Assembly (NCBI GenBank): GCA_041166225.1
Contig: JBEEFT010000184.1
Span: 6,058-70,057, forward strand
Length of the DNA: 64,000 nt
Source of the DNA: Actinomycetota bacterium
Lineage (GTDB): Bacteria; Actinomycetota; Acidimicrobiia; Acidimicrobiales; JACCXE01
Direction: 5' to 3'
Part shown: in pieces, positions 46,321 through 53,417 of the stretch
Layout: every line of letters begins with the position of its first letter
Numbering within the stretch: position 1 is the stretch's first letter
Translations under genes and position numbers: made by a program
The notes under the pieces: generated by a model
Database searches by the model: none
Told to the model about the DNA's origin: nothing
The model's input: only the letters and a program-made list of their open reading frames with translations

Positions 46321-46794
46321 ATGGGCGTCATCCGCAAGACAGCGTCAATCAGCACGCTGGGCATGATCAACTTCCGCAGCAAGAAAGAAAAGCTGCAGCG
46401 CGCGGAACGCGCGCTCGAAGCCGAGCATCTCGCTCGCTCCGTCGCCGAAAGCGGCTTCGCGCGCGTCGAAGGTGAACTGAAGCGACTGACGAAGGCCGAA
46501 GCGAAGGCGGCCAAGCAGCTGACGCGGCTGCGCCGGAACCGCAAGGTGCGCAAGGCCGACCGCCTCACTGCGATTCTCAATGCCGCGCAGCCGATGGTGA
46601 AAGCGGCCCAGCCCGTAGTCAAGGACGGCATGGACACGGCGCGCTCCACGATGACCGACGTCGCCAAGCAGAGCCGCAAGCACGGCAAGCGCGCGGGCAA
46701 GGCAGCGAGCCGCGCCGCCGAACGCGCCTCACATGAGGTCAAGCGCGGCGCTGAACGCGCGATGACCGAAGCGCGCTCCGCGATTTCCAGCTGA
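46321..46794 (+). CDS. Hypothetical basic coiled-coil protein
   Basis: A GGAGGG SD lies upstream. The 157-aa product is Lys/Arg/Ala-rich and helical, with no recognisable domain. Confidence 0.5.
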   Translation: MGVIRKTASISTLGMINFRSKKEKLQRAERALEAEHLARSVAESGFARVEGELKRLTKAEAKAAKQLTRLRRNRKVRKADRLTAILNAAQPMVKAAQPVVKDGMDTARSTMTDVAKQSRKHGKRAGKAASRAAERASHEVKRGAERAMTEARSAISS

Positions 46795-46816
46795 TTCGTT
46801 TACGCGGGTAGCGCGC

Positions 46817-47683
46817 TCAGACCTTCGAGACTGCGAACGTGTCGCAGCGGTCCATGCTTTCGGCGCGGTAGCCGGTAAGGAACCACTTCTGGCGCTGCGC
46901 CGCTGACCCGTGCGTCCACGTCTCGGGGTTCACCTGACCTTGCGTCTGTTGCTGGATTCGGTCGTCGCCAACGGCGGCGGCTGCGTCGAGTCCGTCGCGG
47001 ATGTCGGCCTCGCTGAGGTCCTCGATGAATCCGGTCTTCTCGGCGCCTTGCGCCCATCGTCCGGCTAGGCAGTCAGCCATCAACTCGGTGCGCACGCCCG
47101 CGCTTTGCGGGCCGGTGCTGCGGTCACGGTTCGATTTCTCGAGCACGCCGGTGAGGTCCTGGACGTGGTGGCCGTATTCGTGCGCGATGACATATGCCTC
47201 GGCGAACGGGCCGCCTTGCGCGCCGAATCGAGTACGCAACTCGTCGTAGAACGCCAAGTCGATGTACACGAGCTTGTCGACCGGGCAGTAGAAGGGACCC
47301 ACCTCGGTCGACGCTTGACCACAACCCGTGTTCGTCGCGCCCGAGAAGAACACGGTCTTGGCGCCTTGATACCCCGGCAGTGTCTGACCCCAGTAGTCCT
47401 GCACGCTGTTGATGACGGCGACAATGCGGCAGTCTTCGCGCTGATTGGCGTCGTCGCCCGTCGTGCACGACGTCGACAACGCTGCATTGTTTCCTTGGTC
47501 GGTGTTACCGGTATCGGTGCCCCCGATTGCCAAGTTGCCGCCGCCACCCCCGCCGAGGAGGTTCAGCACCAACACGATTACGCCGATGAGACCGCCGCCA
47601 CCGAGGGCGAGGCCGCCACCGCCCATCCCGCGTCGATCCGAGACCTGGGACGAGTCGAGCTGCGCGTCACGGCGAAATCGCAT
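46817..47683 (-). CDS. YpfJ-family neutral zinc metallopeptidase (PF04228-like)
   Basis: The N-terminus [19 protein letters not shown] is followed by a Gly-rich TM region. ..GPFYCP.D..VYIDL.F and the HExxH site, [11 protein letters not shown], are present. Confidence 0.85.
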   Translation of the reverse strand: MRFRRDAQLDSSQVSDRRGMGGGGLALGGGGLIGVIVLVLNLLGGGGGGNLAIGGTDTGNTDQGNNAALSTSCTTGDDANQREDCRIVAVINSVQDYWGQTLPGYQGAKTVFFSGATNTGCGQASTEVGPFYCPVDKLVYIDLAFYDELRTRFGAQGGPFAEAYVIAHEYGHHVQDLTGVLEKSNRDRSTGPQSAGVRTELMADCLAGRWAQGAEKTGFIEDLSEADIRDGLDAAAAVGDDRIQQQTQGQVNPETWTHGSAAQRQKWFLTGYRAESMDRCDTFAVSKV

Positions 47684-47713
47684 GCCGACACTCGTACCGC
47701 TCGGTGGCTGCCG

Positions 47714-48796
47714 TTAACCGCTGGCGCTCACCGCGAACGCGTCAATCACCCGCTCGGTCCACCGGCGAAGATCGTCGTAGTGCTCGGCCGGCGTTTTTCC
47801 GAGCCGCACCACGATCAAGTCGAGCGCCGGTACCACCACGATGCGTTGGCCGTCGTACCCGACGCAACGAAACGTTCCGTATCGATCACCGCCCGCCCAC
47901 CAATGCGCGCCGTAGTAGTTGTCGTTTTCCTCGTCGTAGGACCGGATTCGGCGGGCGTGGTCTACCCAGCCCTGAGGCAGGAGCCGCTTGCCGTCCCACA
48001 CACCGTCACGCAGATAGAGGTAACCGAAGCGAGCAAAGTCTTGGGCGGTTGCATACACGTAGGAGCTCGCGATCCAAGTGCCGGCGTCATCGAAGGTTGC
48101 CGTTGCGCTACGCATCCCGATCGGCGCGAACAACCGCGCTTCAAGAAATCGCCGATACGCATCACCGGCACCGACAAGGCGCGCCACCGCGCCAGACACG
48201 ATGTTCGTTGTCCCGCTCGAATAGTTGAAGCGCTTACCGGGAGGTGCCGCGAGAGGGCGGTCGGCCGCGAACGTGGCGACGTCCGCTTTTCCCTCGCCGA
48301 ACAACATGTTGATCACGTCGGAACGCTCGCCGTCGACGTAATCCTCGACGAAGTCGAGCCCGTCGCGCATGTCGAGGAGGTGCTCGAGCGTGATCACGCG
48401 GCGGCGGTCGTCGTCTCCTGACCACAGCGGCACTCCGAGCGGCTCGTCCAGCGCGAGCCGGCCCTCGTCGACGAGCATGCCGACCAGCGCATGCAGCATC
48501 GACTTGGCCATCGACCAGCTCAGCAGCGGAGTAGTCGCGTTGATCGGCTCGTCGGCACGATCGAAATGTTCGATCGTGCTCGCGTAGCGCTCGGCGACTA
48601 GGCGACCGCGATGCACGATCACGGCGGCGAACGTCGTCGCGCAAGGACCGGATGCGTCGAACAACTCGTCGAGCAGTGCGTCGAGGGCTACTCCGGCAGC
48701 GACGCCGCCCCGCGGCCAATCGATGGTCGGCCACGGCACGCCACCGGGTTGCGGCGGCAACGGAAGCAGGGGTGCGCTGAACGGATCGATGGCCAT
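47714..48796 (-). CDS. Serine hydrolase, beta-lactamase/transpeptidase-like family
   Basis: The SxxK motif is in LLSWSMAKSMLHALVGMLV, and ..YSSGTTN.. is the YxN-like motif. The start is the ATG at 48796 (MAIDPFSAP). Confidence 0.75.
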   Translation of the reverse strand: MAIDPFSAPLLPLPPQPGGVPWPTIDWPRGGVAAGVALDALLDELFDASGPCATTFAAVIVHRGRLVAERYASTIEHFDRADEPINATTPLLSWSMAKSMLHALVGMLVDEGRLALDEPLGVPLWSGDDDRRRVITLEHLLDMRDGLDFVEDYVDGERSDVINMLFGEGKADVATFAADRPLAAPPGKRFNYSSGTTNIVSGAVARLVGAGDAYRRFLEARLFAPIGMRSATATFDDAGTWIASSYVYATAQDFARFGYLYLRDGVWDGKRLLPQGWVDHARRIRSYDEENDNYYGAHWWAGGDRYGTFRCVGYDGQRIVVVPALDLIVVRLGKTPAEHYDDLRRWTERVIDAFAVSASG

Positions 48797-48845
48797 CCCG
48801 ATTCGTGGTTTAGTGCATCGTGCGCTTCGACACCGTTGGCCGCCC

Positions 48846-49352
48846 ATGAGTTGGCTTAGCGAGCGTTCCCGCAACGGCGGCATCGACGAGGTGCCGCTAC
48901 CAAGCGGCGCCGGCCGGTTGTGGCTGTGCGGCAAGCACCTGATCGGGCCTGATCCCGAAGCCACGCTGTTGCGGACGGGCGCGTCGACGGTGGTGTGTCT
49001 CAACGACGAAGCCGAATTGGTGCACCGGTTTCCGGAGTACGTGCGGTGGCTGCGCGCCAACGCGGACGAGCGGGCGGTGTGGTGGCCCGTGCACGACATG
49101 CATGCGCCTGGCGGCGACGGGTTGGGTTCGCTCGTATCGCTTGTGCGCGAACGCCTCGATGCCGGCGAAGGGGTCGTGGTGCATTGTGGCGCTGGGATGG
49201 GACGTGCCGGATCGGTCGCAGCGGCGGTGTTGATCGCCTACGGCGAGCAGATAGACGACGCGCTGGCCCACGTCGCCGTGAGCCGCCCGGGGGCCGGGCC
49301 GCAAACGATCGCGCAGCAACTCGCGTTGGAGGAATACGCCAAGTCGATGTAA
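48846..49352 (+). CDS. Protein tyrosine/dual-specificity phosphatase (CX5R)
   Basis: The P-loop is VVHCGAGMGRAGSVAAAVL. The start is the ATG at 48846 (MSWLSERS..). Confidence 0.8.
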   Translation: MSWLSERSRNGGIDEVPLPSGAGRLWLCGKHLIGPDPEATLLRTGASTVVCLNDEAELVHRFPEYVRWLRANADERAVWWPVHDMHAPGGDGLGSLVSLVRERLDAGEGVVVHCGAGMGRAGSVAAAVLIAYGEQIDDALAHVAVSRPGAGPQTIAQQLALEEYAKSM

Positions 49353-49366
49353 CCGCCTGCGCTCAA

Positions 49367-49645
49367 ATGTGGCCAAAACCCGTCGATAGGGACCGGGTGA
49401 TCTTCACGTGTGCATCGAGGCTCAGCCGTGCAGCGGCACTGTTGTGGGTGCTTGCCGCAGTCGGGCTTGCTTGTGTGATGAGTGCTGCGACCGCAGGCTC
49501 GGCGCGAGCGGACGCAGCGGTGGCGGATAAGGGGGCCACGGCCTCCCACGGTGGCGGCGTCTCGTACGCCGCGCTGGCCACTCCTGTGCTCGTGGTGGGC
49601 TTCAGCGTGGTCGGAGCCGTACGCCGCCGCCGCGCCGCGTCGTAA
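49367..49645 (+). CDS. Small secreted protein with a C-terminal TM helix and poly-Arg tail (sorting-signal-like, with no LPXTG)
   Basis: MWPKP...RLSRAAALLWVLAAVGLACVMSAATAGSARA|DAAVADKGATASHGGGVSYAALATPVLVVGFSVVGAVRRRRAAS. The start is uncertain. Confidence 0.4.
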   Translation: MWPKPVDRDRVIFTCASRLSRAAALLWVLAAVGLACVMSAATAGSARADAAVADKGATASHGGGVSYAALATPVLVVGFSVVGAVRRRRAAS

Positions 49646-49798
49646 TACCGAGTCTTACGTCATCGGTCCGTTTGACTCTCTGGTACAACCTCGCGGTCCG
49701 GCGGCGGTTAGCGTAAGAACGTTGGGTCTGGGTCGTTACCCAACACGTCTCCCAATCCGGGGGCAACAACAACCGCGTCTGCGGGAGGTAGATACCGA

Positions 49799-49984
49799 AT
49801 GATTCGTCGTCGTATTGCAATGCTCGCACTGGTTCTTGCTGGTTTCGCCGGCATGGCTGCGATTCCCATGGCCACCCCGGCCGATGCCGCGGTAACCCAC
49901 ATCGTGTCGCCGGTTCCGACTGGTCTGGCCCGTTTGTGCGTCATCGTGCAGGCATCCAACACGGGTCTCTGCATCCACCTCTAA
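49799..49984 (+). CDS. Small secreted peptide (Sec signal plus a 31-aa mature region with Cys-X10-Cys), function unknown
   Basis: A GGGAGG SD lies about 11 nt upstream. The product is MIRRRIAMLALVLAGFAGMAAIPMATPADA|AVTHIVSPVPTGLARLCVIVQASNTGLCIHL. It resembles the 18464 sORF at the N-terminus (MI..RIAM) and in the C-V-[TI]-V...G-[VL]-C loop. Confidence 0.6.
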   Translation: MIRRRIAMLALVLAGFAGMAAIPMATPADAAVTHIVSPVPTGLARLCVIVQASNTGLCIHL

Positions 49985-49998
49985 ATCGAGCTAAGCGT

Positions 49999-50799
49999 TC
50001 AATAGTGGCCGAGTGAGCCGGTACGGCGACATTGCCGTACCGACCACTCGAAACCCCAGAACGCCACCGGCACCAGCACCACCGTGAACAGGCCGAGCGC
50101 TAATGCGTCGCGCCCGATCGCACCAAGGTCCGGGTTCGGAACGAGCGCGAGCCGGACGCCTTCGAGGCCGTGGCTCATCGGCAGCGCGTACGCCAACAGC
50201 TGGAACGGGCGCGGTAACACCGAGATCGGGTAGAGCACGCCGCCCAACAGCCCGAACGCGGACCCGACGAAGCCGAGCAGAGCACCGGTGCGCTTGACCA
50301 CCATGATCAGCCCCGCGGCCGCTAGGCCCACCGCGCTGAACGCAGCGAGGGTCAACAACAACATGCCGCTTGCGATCGCCAGGTTCCCGAGCGCGATTTT
50401 GGCGTGAAACAACAGCGCTCCGAGCGCGATGTACAACACGAGCTGGACCGTTGCGAAGATGAACGGCCACGCCGCGCCACACACCAGCAATAGTTTCGGG
50501 TCGTTCGGGGTGACGAGTAACGCCTCCATCGTGCCCATCTGCTGTTCTTGGCCGAGACTTCCGGCAAAGCTGCCCAAGGCCACCGAGAAGTAGCTCAGGG
50601 CCGCAGTTCCGACGAGCGCGAACGTGAAATAGTCGCCGCCGTAGGGACGCAGGGCGGTGGTGTTTCCCGGCACGAGACGACTCAGGAAGCCCGCCGACAG
50701 GAGCGTCGAGAAGATTCCGGCGAACTGCGTGATGAGCGCGAGGCGATACGTCTTTTCCTGGCGGAAGTCGCGGCGAACGAAGGCACGAATCAACGTCAC
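49999..50799 (-). CDS. ABC-2-type exporter permease
   Basis: The GTG at 50799 overlaps the ATPase stop (GTGA). The six-TM ABC-2 pattern begins VTLIRAFVRRDFRQEKTYRLALI.... Confidence 0.8.
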   Translation of the reverse strand: MTLIRAFVRRDFRQEKTYRLALITQFAGIFSTLLSAGFLSRLVPGNTTALRPYGGDYFTFALVGTAALSYFSVALGSFAGSLGQEQQMGTMEALLVTPNDPKLLLVCGAAWPFIFATVQLVLYIALGALLFHAKIALGNLAIASGMLLLTLAAFSAVGLAAAGLIMVVKRTGALLGFVGSAFGLLGGVLYPISVLPRPFQLLAYALPMSHGLEGVRLALVPNPDLGAIGRDALALGLFTVVLVPVAFWGFEWSVRQCRRTGSLGHY

Positions 50800-51578
50800 T
50801 GCGCCGCCAGCGCTTTCATTGCCCGGCCCAACGTCGTTTTGTTGACGTTCGCTACGTCGTCGACGATCTCGCCCTCGCGCAGCACGCTCACTCGCTCGCA
50901 CACGTCGGCTGCCTCGACGACGTCGTGCGTTGTGAGCAGCGTGCTGACCCCGGCGTCGTCGCGCAGGCGCTTGATCACTACGTGAAATTCCGAGCGCGAA
51001 ACCGGGTCGAGGCTGCGCGTCGGTTCGTCGAGCAGCAGGATCATCGGCCGGTGTAGCAGCGCGCGGGCGAGGCCGAGTCGGCGTCCCATCCCCTGGGAGA
51101 AGCCCGACACCGGCCGATCCGCGTGTTCGGCCAGATTGACCATCTCGAGTGTCGTCTCGATGATTTCGTCCGGCGCGGCGAGGCGGTGCAACGCGGCTGC
51201 AAACTCGAGATTCTGGCGAGCCGTGAGCCGCCAGTACAGGCTGCGCTCGTCACCAGTGCTGAACCCGATCAGCCCGCGAACCGCATCACCTTCGCGCTCG
51301 ACGTCTCGGCCACCAACCAGCGCGCTGCCGCTGTCGGCGGTGACGAGTGTGGCGAGGATGCGCAGGAACGTGCTCTTGCCTGAACCGTTCGGCCCCATCA
51401 CGCCGTGGACCGTGTCCCGGGCGACGATTAAATCGACGCCGCGCAAAGCGTTGACGACACCCTTGGGCCGGCCAGGCCAAAAGCCCCGCACGTAGAAGCG
51501 CTTCTCAACGCCCGTTGCGTCGACTGCGTTGGCACCGAAGGGCGGGTCTGTGCGTATGTCGGGCGAGGCGGTTACCAC
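50796..51578 (-). CDS. ABC transporter ATP-binding protein (DrrA/ABC-2 partner type)
   Basis: Walker A is GPNGSGKST, the signature is FSQGMGRRLGLARAL and Walker B is ILLLDEPTRSLD. Confidence 0.9.
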   Translation of the reverse strand: MVTASPDIRTDPPFGANAVDATGVEKRFYVRGFWPGRPKGVVNALRGVDLIVARDTVHGVMGPNGSGKSTFLRILATLVTADSGSALVGGRDVEREGDAVRGLIGFSTGDERSLYWRLTARQNLEFAAALHRLAAPDEIIETTLEMVNLAEHADRPVSGFSQGMGRRLGLARALLHRPMILLLDEPTRSLDPVSRSEFHVVIKRLRDDAGVSTLLTTHDVVEAADVCERVSVLREGEIVDDVANVNKTTLGRAMKALAAQ

Positions 51579-51596
51579 GACCTACATTCTCGCGGC

Positions 51597-52019
51597 GTGA
51601 CGTCGGCCCGGCTGCATCTGCGAATGACGACTTTGCTCGTCGCGTCCGCAGTGTCGTTGCGTCGCCGGGACACTACCGAGACGCTGCGCCGCATGCTTGA
51701 CAGCACGCGGCGTTGGCCGCCGTTTTCGGGGCCGGAGGCGCTCCGAGCGCTGCGGGTTCCGGCGCGGGCGCTGAGGGCAAACTGTCTCACTCAATCTGTT
51801 GCCCTCACGGTTGCGTTTGAGCGCGCAAACCAGAACCCGACGCTAGTTCTGGGGTGCAGGCGCTACGAGAACCGAAAATGGGGCGCGCATGCCTGGGTCA
51901 TCGTCGGCTCGGACGTCTTCGACGCTATTCCGAGCGGTGCTCACGAGCCGCTCGCGCGGCTCACCGCGGAAACCGAATGGGTGCCCGCCCCGATGCCGCC
52001 CAAGCGGCAAGCGGATTAG
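51597..52019 (+). CDS. Lasso-peptide-type B2 protein (transglutaminase-like Cys protease, PF13471-like)
   Basis: ..ANCLTQSVALTVAFERANQNPTLVLGCRR...WGAHAWVIVGSDVFD carries the Cys...His...Asp triad context seen in McjB-C-terminal/B2 proteins. It starts at the GTG at 51597. TACATT (51583-88) lies 8 nt upstream, which suggests a leaderless transcript. Confidence 0.8.
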   Translation: MTSARLHLRMTTLLVASAVSLRRRDTTETLRRMLDSTRRWPPFSGPEALRALRVPARALRANCLTQSVALTVAFERANQNPTLVLGCRRYENRKWGAHAWVIVGSDVFDAIPSGAHEPLARLTAETEWVPAPMPPKRQAD

Positions 52020-52141
52020 AGAATGAGGCTGATGTTGATGGCCTCGGCCTGACGGCCTTGAGTCCACTCTTCGATCGAGCCGTAATCGCTCAACTGCGGC
52101 GTTTCGTAGCCGTCTTCGGTGGTGTTGATTGCGTCGTTCAT
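52016..52141 (-). CDS. 41-aa RiPP precursor with a canonical lasso-type leader and an atypical 13-aa core (not in the ORF track)
   Basis: GGAGGA lies 6-7 nt upstream of the ATG (52141..52139). The product is MNDAINTTEDGYETPQLSDYGSIEEWTQ|GRQAEAINISLIL. Y12-x-x-P15-x-L17-x3-G21-x5-T27-x28 fits the lasso leader motif YxxPxLx3Gx5Tx exactly, and Gly follows at core position 1. The stop TAA (52018..52016) overlaps the B2 stop TAG (52017-52019). Confidence 0.75.
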   Translation of the reverse strand: MNDAINTTEDGYETPQLSDYGSIEEWTQGRQAEAINISLIL

Positions 52142-52224
52142 TTCTCTCCTCCGGTCGTACCTGTCGAGAACGCACCAACTGACCTTTTCTTGCGTAAAGA
52201 TCTAGAAGATGAGAGTTTCTTGAG
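52142..52224. promoter_or_regulatory. AT-rich divergent control region between the precursor gene and the PqqD/kinase operon
   Basis: By my count, 52181-52224 is about 39% G+C in a window that otherwise looks roughly two-thirds G+C. It contains TTTCTTG twice (52186-92 and 52216-22), the palindromes AGATCT/TCTAGA (52198-52206) and AAGAT twice. Confidence 0.5.
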
Positions 52225-52506
52225 GTGCGACGCTTTGTCCCCAGTAGTGACGTGATCATCCATGAAGAAGAGGGCGACGCCTTCTTGCTGCATGTTGAGT
52301 CAGGACGATACTACGGACTCAACCGTTCTGCACTAGTTGTTTGGAACGCCGTCGTCGCAGGGGCCGATCCGGTCGACGCATTAACCCAGAAGTGGCCGCA
52401 GCGACAGCCCGAAACATTGCGTTCCGACGCAGAAGCCCTGGTCACGGGGCTGTTAAACGCAGGCTTGATCACCGAGCAGACCGAGGCGCCGGGACCCGCT
52501 GCGTGA
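52225..52506 (+). CDS. PqqD-family RiPP recognition element (lasso B1-type chaperone)
   Basis: 93 aa. ..EEGDAFLLHVESGRYYGLNRSALVVWNAV..G....AL........ETLRSDAEALVTGLLNAGLI is the PqqD/RRE pattern. Confidence 0.8.
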   Translation: MRRFVPSSDVIIHEEEGDAFLLHVESGRYYGLNRSALVVWNAVVAGADPVDALTQKWPQRQPETLRSDAEALVTGLLNAGLITEQTEAPGPAA

Positions 52507-53417
52507 CCGCAGCCGAGACGTGGCCGGGATGCCACGGCGTGCGCCTCGTGGGCGAGCCGGTCGATCTCGGAACATCTGCTGGGTCGCCTCTGGCTGAAGC
52601 AACCATTCGTTTCGGCGCTGTAGCGGTAGGCGACTCTGATCACCTGTGGACGCAACACGGCGAGGCCGTTGTCGACGGCGAGCACTTCGAAGTCGACCGG
52701 GTGATGCGCCAACGGGGCCGCGGGGCTTACGTCCTGACCGGTAGTGGTGGCCCCACGATGGAGGTTGACCAGGACGCCGCCACCATCACGATTGAGGATG
52801 GCGACGAGGCCGTCCAGCTTCAGCTGCTGGCGACTTTCGGGGTCCCGTTGATCTTGCACACCACGGACGCGCTGGTGCTGCACGGCTCGGCCTGCGCGCT
52901 TGGTGACCGCACGATCGTGGTCTGCGGAGAGTCGGGTTCGGGCAAGTCGACGCTTCTGGTCGGGCTTGCGGACGCCGGTTGGACCCCGATTACCGAAGAT
53001 CTGTGCGCGGTCGATTTCCGGCCCCAGACGCCGCACGTATGGAGCGGCCCGCCATGGGTGCGCATCGGGCACGGCAAACCCGGCCCCGTCGGCAGCGCGC
53101 AGCGCTTCGGTTCCGCGTACAAGACGGGGTGGGACATAGCGGCGTCGCAAACGCCAGTGCCGCGCCCGATTACCCACGTGGTGTTGCTCGACGCCCCCGG
53201 CGGCGGCGACGCGCTGCTCGAGCCGGTCCCGGCGGCGGTCGCGATCCGGCGCCTCGCGCCGCACGGTGTTTGGCTCGGCGACCAAGACGAGCTCGGGCGG
53301 CGTCTGTTCGGACCTATCGCCGATCTAGTCGCAAAAGTGCCTGCGTTCCGGCTTCGCATGCCCCGCAGCGACTCATGGCTTGACGAGGTCCCGGGGCTTC
53401 TCGCGGCCCGGCTCTAG
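52503..53417 (+). CDS. HPr-kinase-related serine kinase (HprK C-terminal-domain-like)
   Basis: The GTG at 52503 overlaps the PqqD stop (GTGA). ALVLHGSACALGDRTIVVCGESGSGKSTLLVGLADAGWTPITEDLCAV matches the HprK P-loop core. Confidence 0.75.
   Translation: MTAAETWPGCHGVRLVGEPVDLGTSAGSPLAEATIRFGAVAVGDSDHLWTQHGEAVVDGEHFEVDRVMRQRGRGAYVLTGSGGPTMEVDQDAATITIEDGDEAVQLQLLATFGVPLILHTTDALVLHGSACALGDRTIVVCGESGSGKSTLLVGLADAGWTPITEDLCAVDFRPQTPHVWSGPPWVRIGHGKPGPVGSAQRFGSAYKTGWDIAASQTPVPRPITHVVLLDAPGGGDALLEPVPAAVAIRRLAPHGVWLGDQDELGRRLFGPIADLVAKVPAFRLRMPRSDSWLDEVPGLLAARL

Noticed and set aside
49799-49984. The 61-aa peptide considered as the RiPP precursor of the neighbouring locus.
   Set aside because: It has a classical Sec signal peptide and no YxxPxL leader motif. 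The 52016..52141 sORF fits the RRE/B2 recognition signature far better.
52016-52141. Alternative processing of the precursor that would allow a normal lasso ring, with cleavage after ..SDY to give core GSIEEWTQGRQ...
   Set aside because: That site lacks the Thr at -2, and the resulting core still has no Asp/Glu at positions 7-9 (E4 and E5 only). The TQ|G site fits the full YxxPxLx3Gx5Tx register, so I kept it and conclude that a canonical lasso is not possible.
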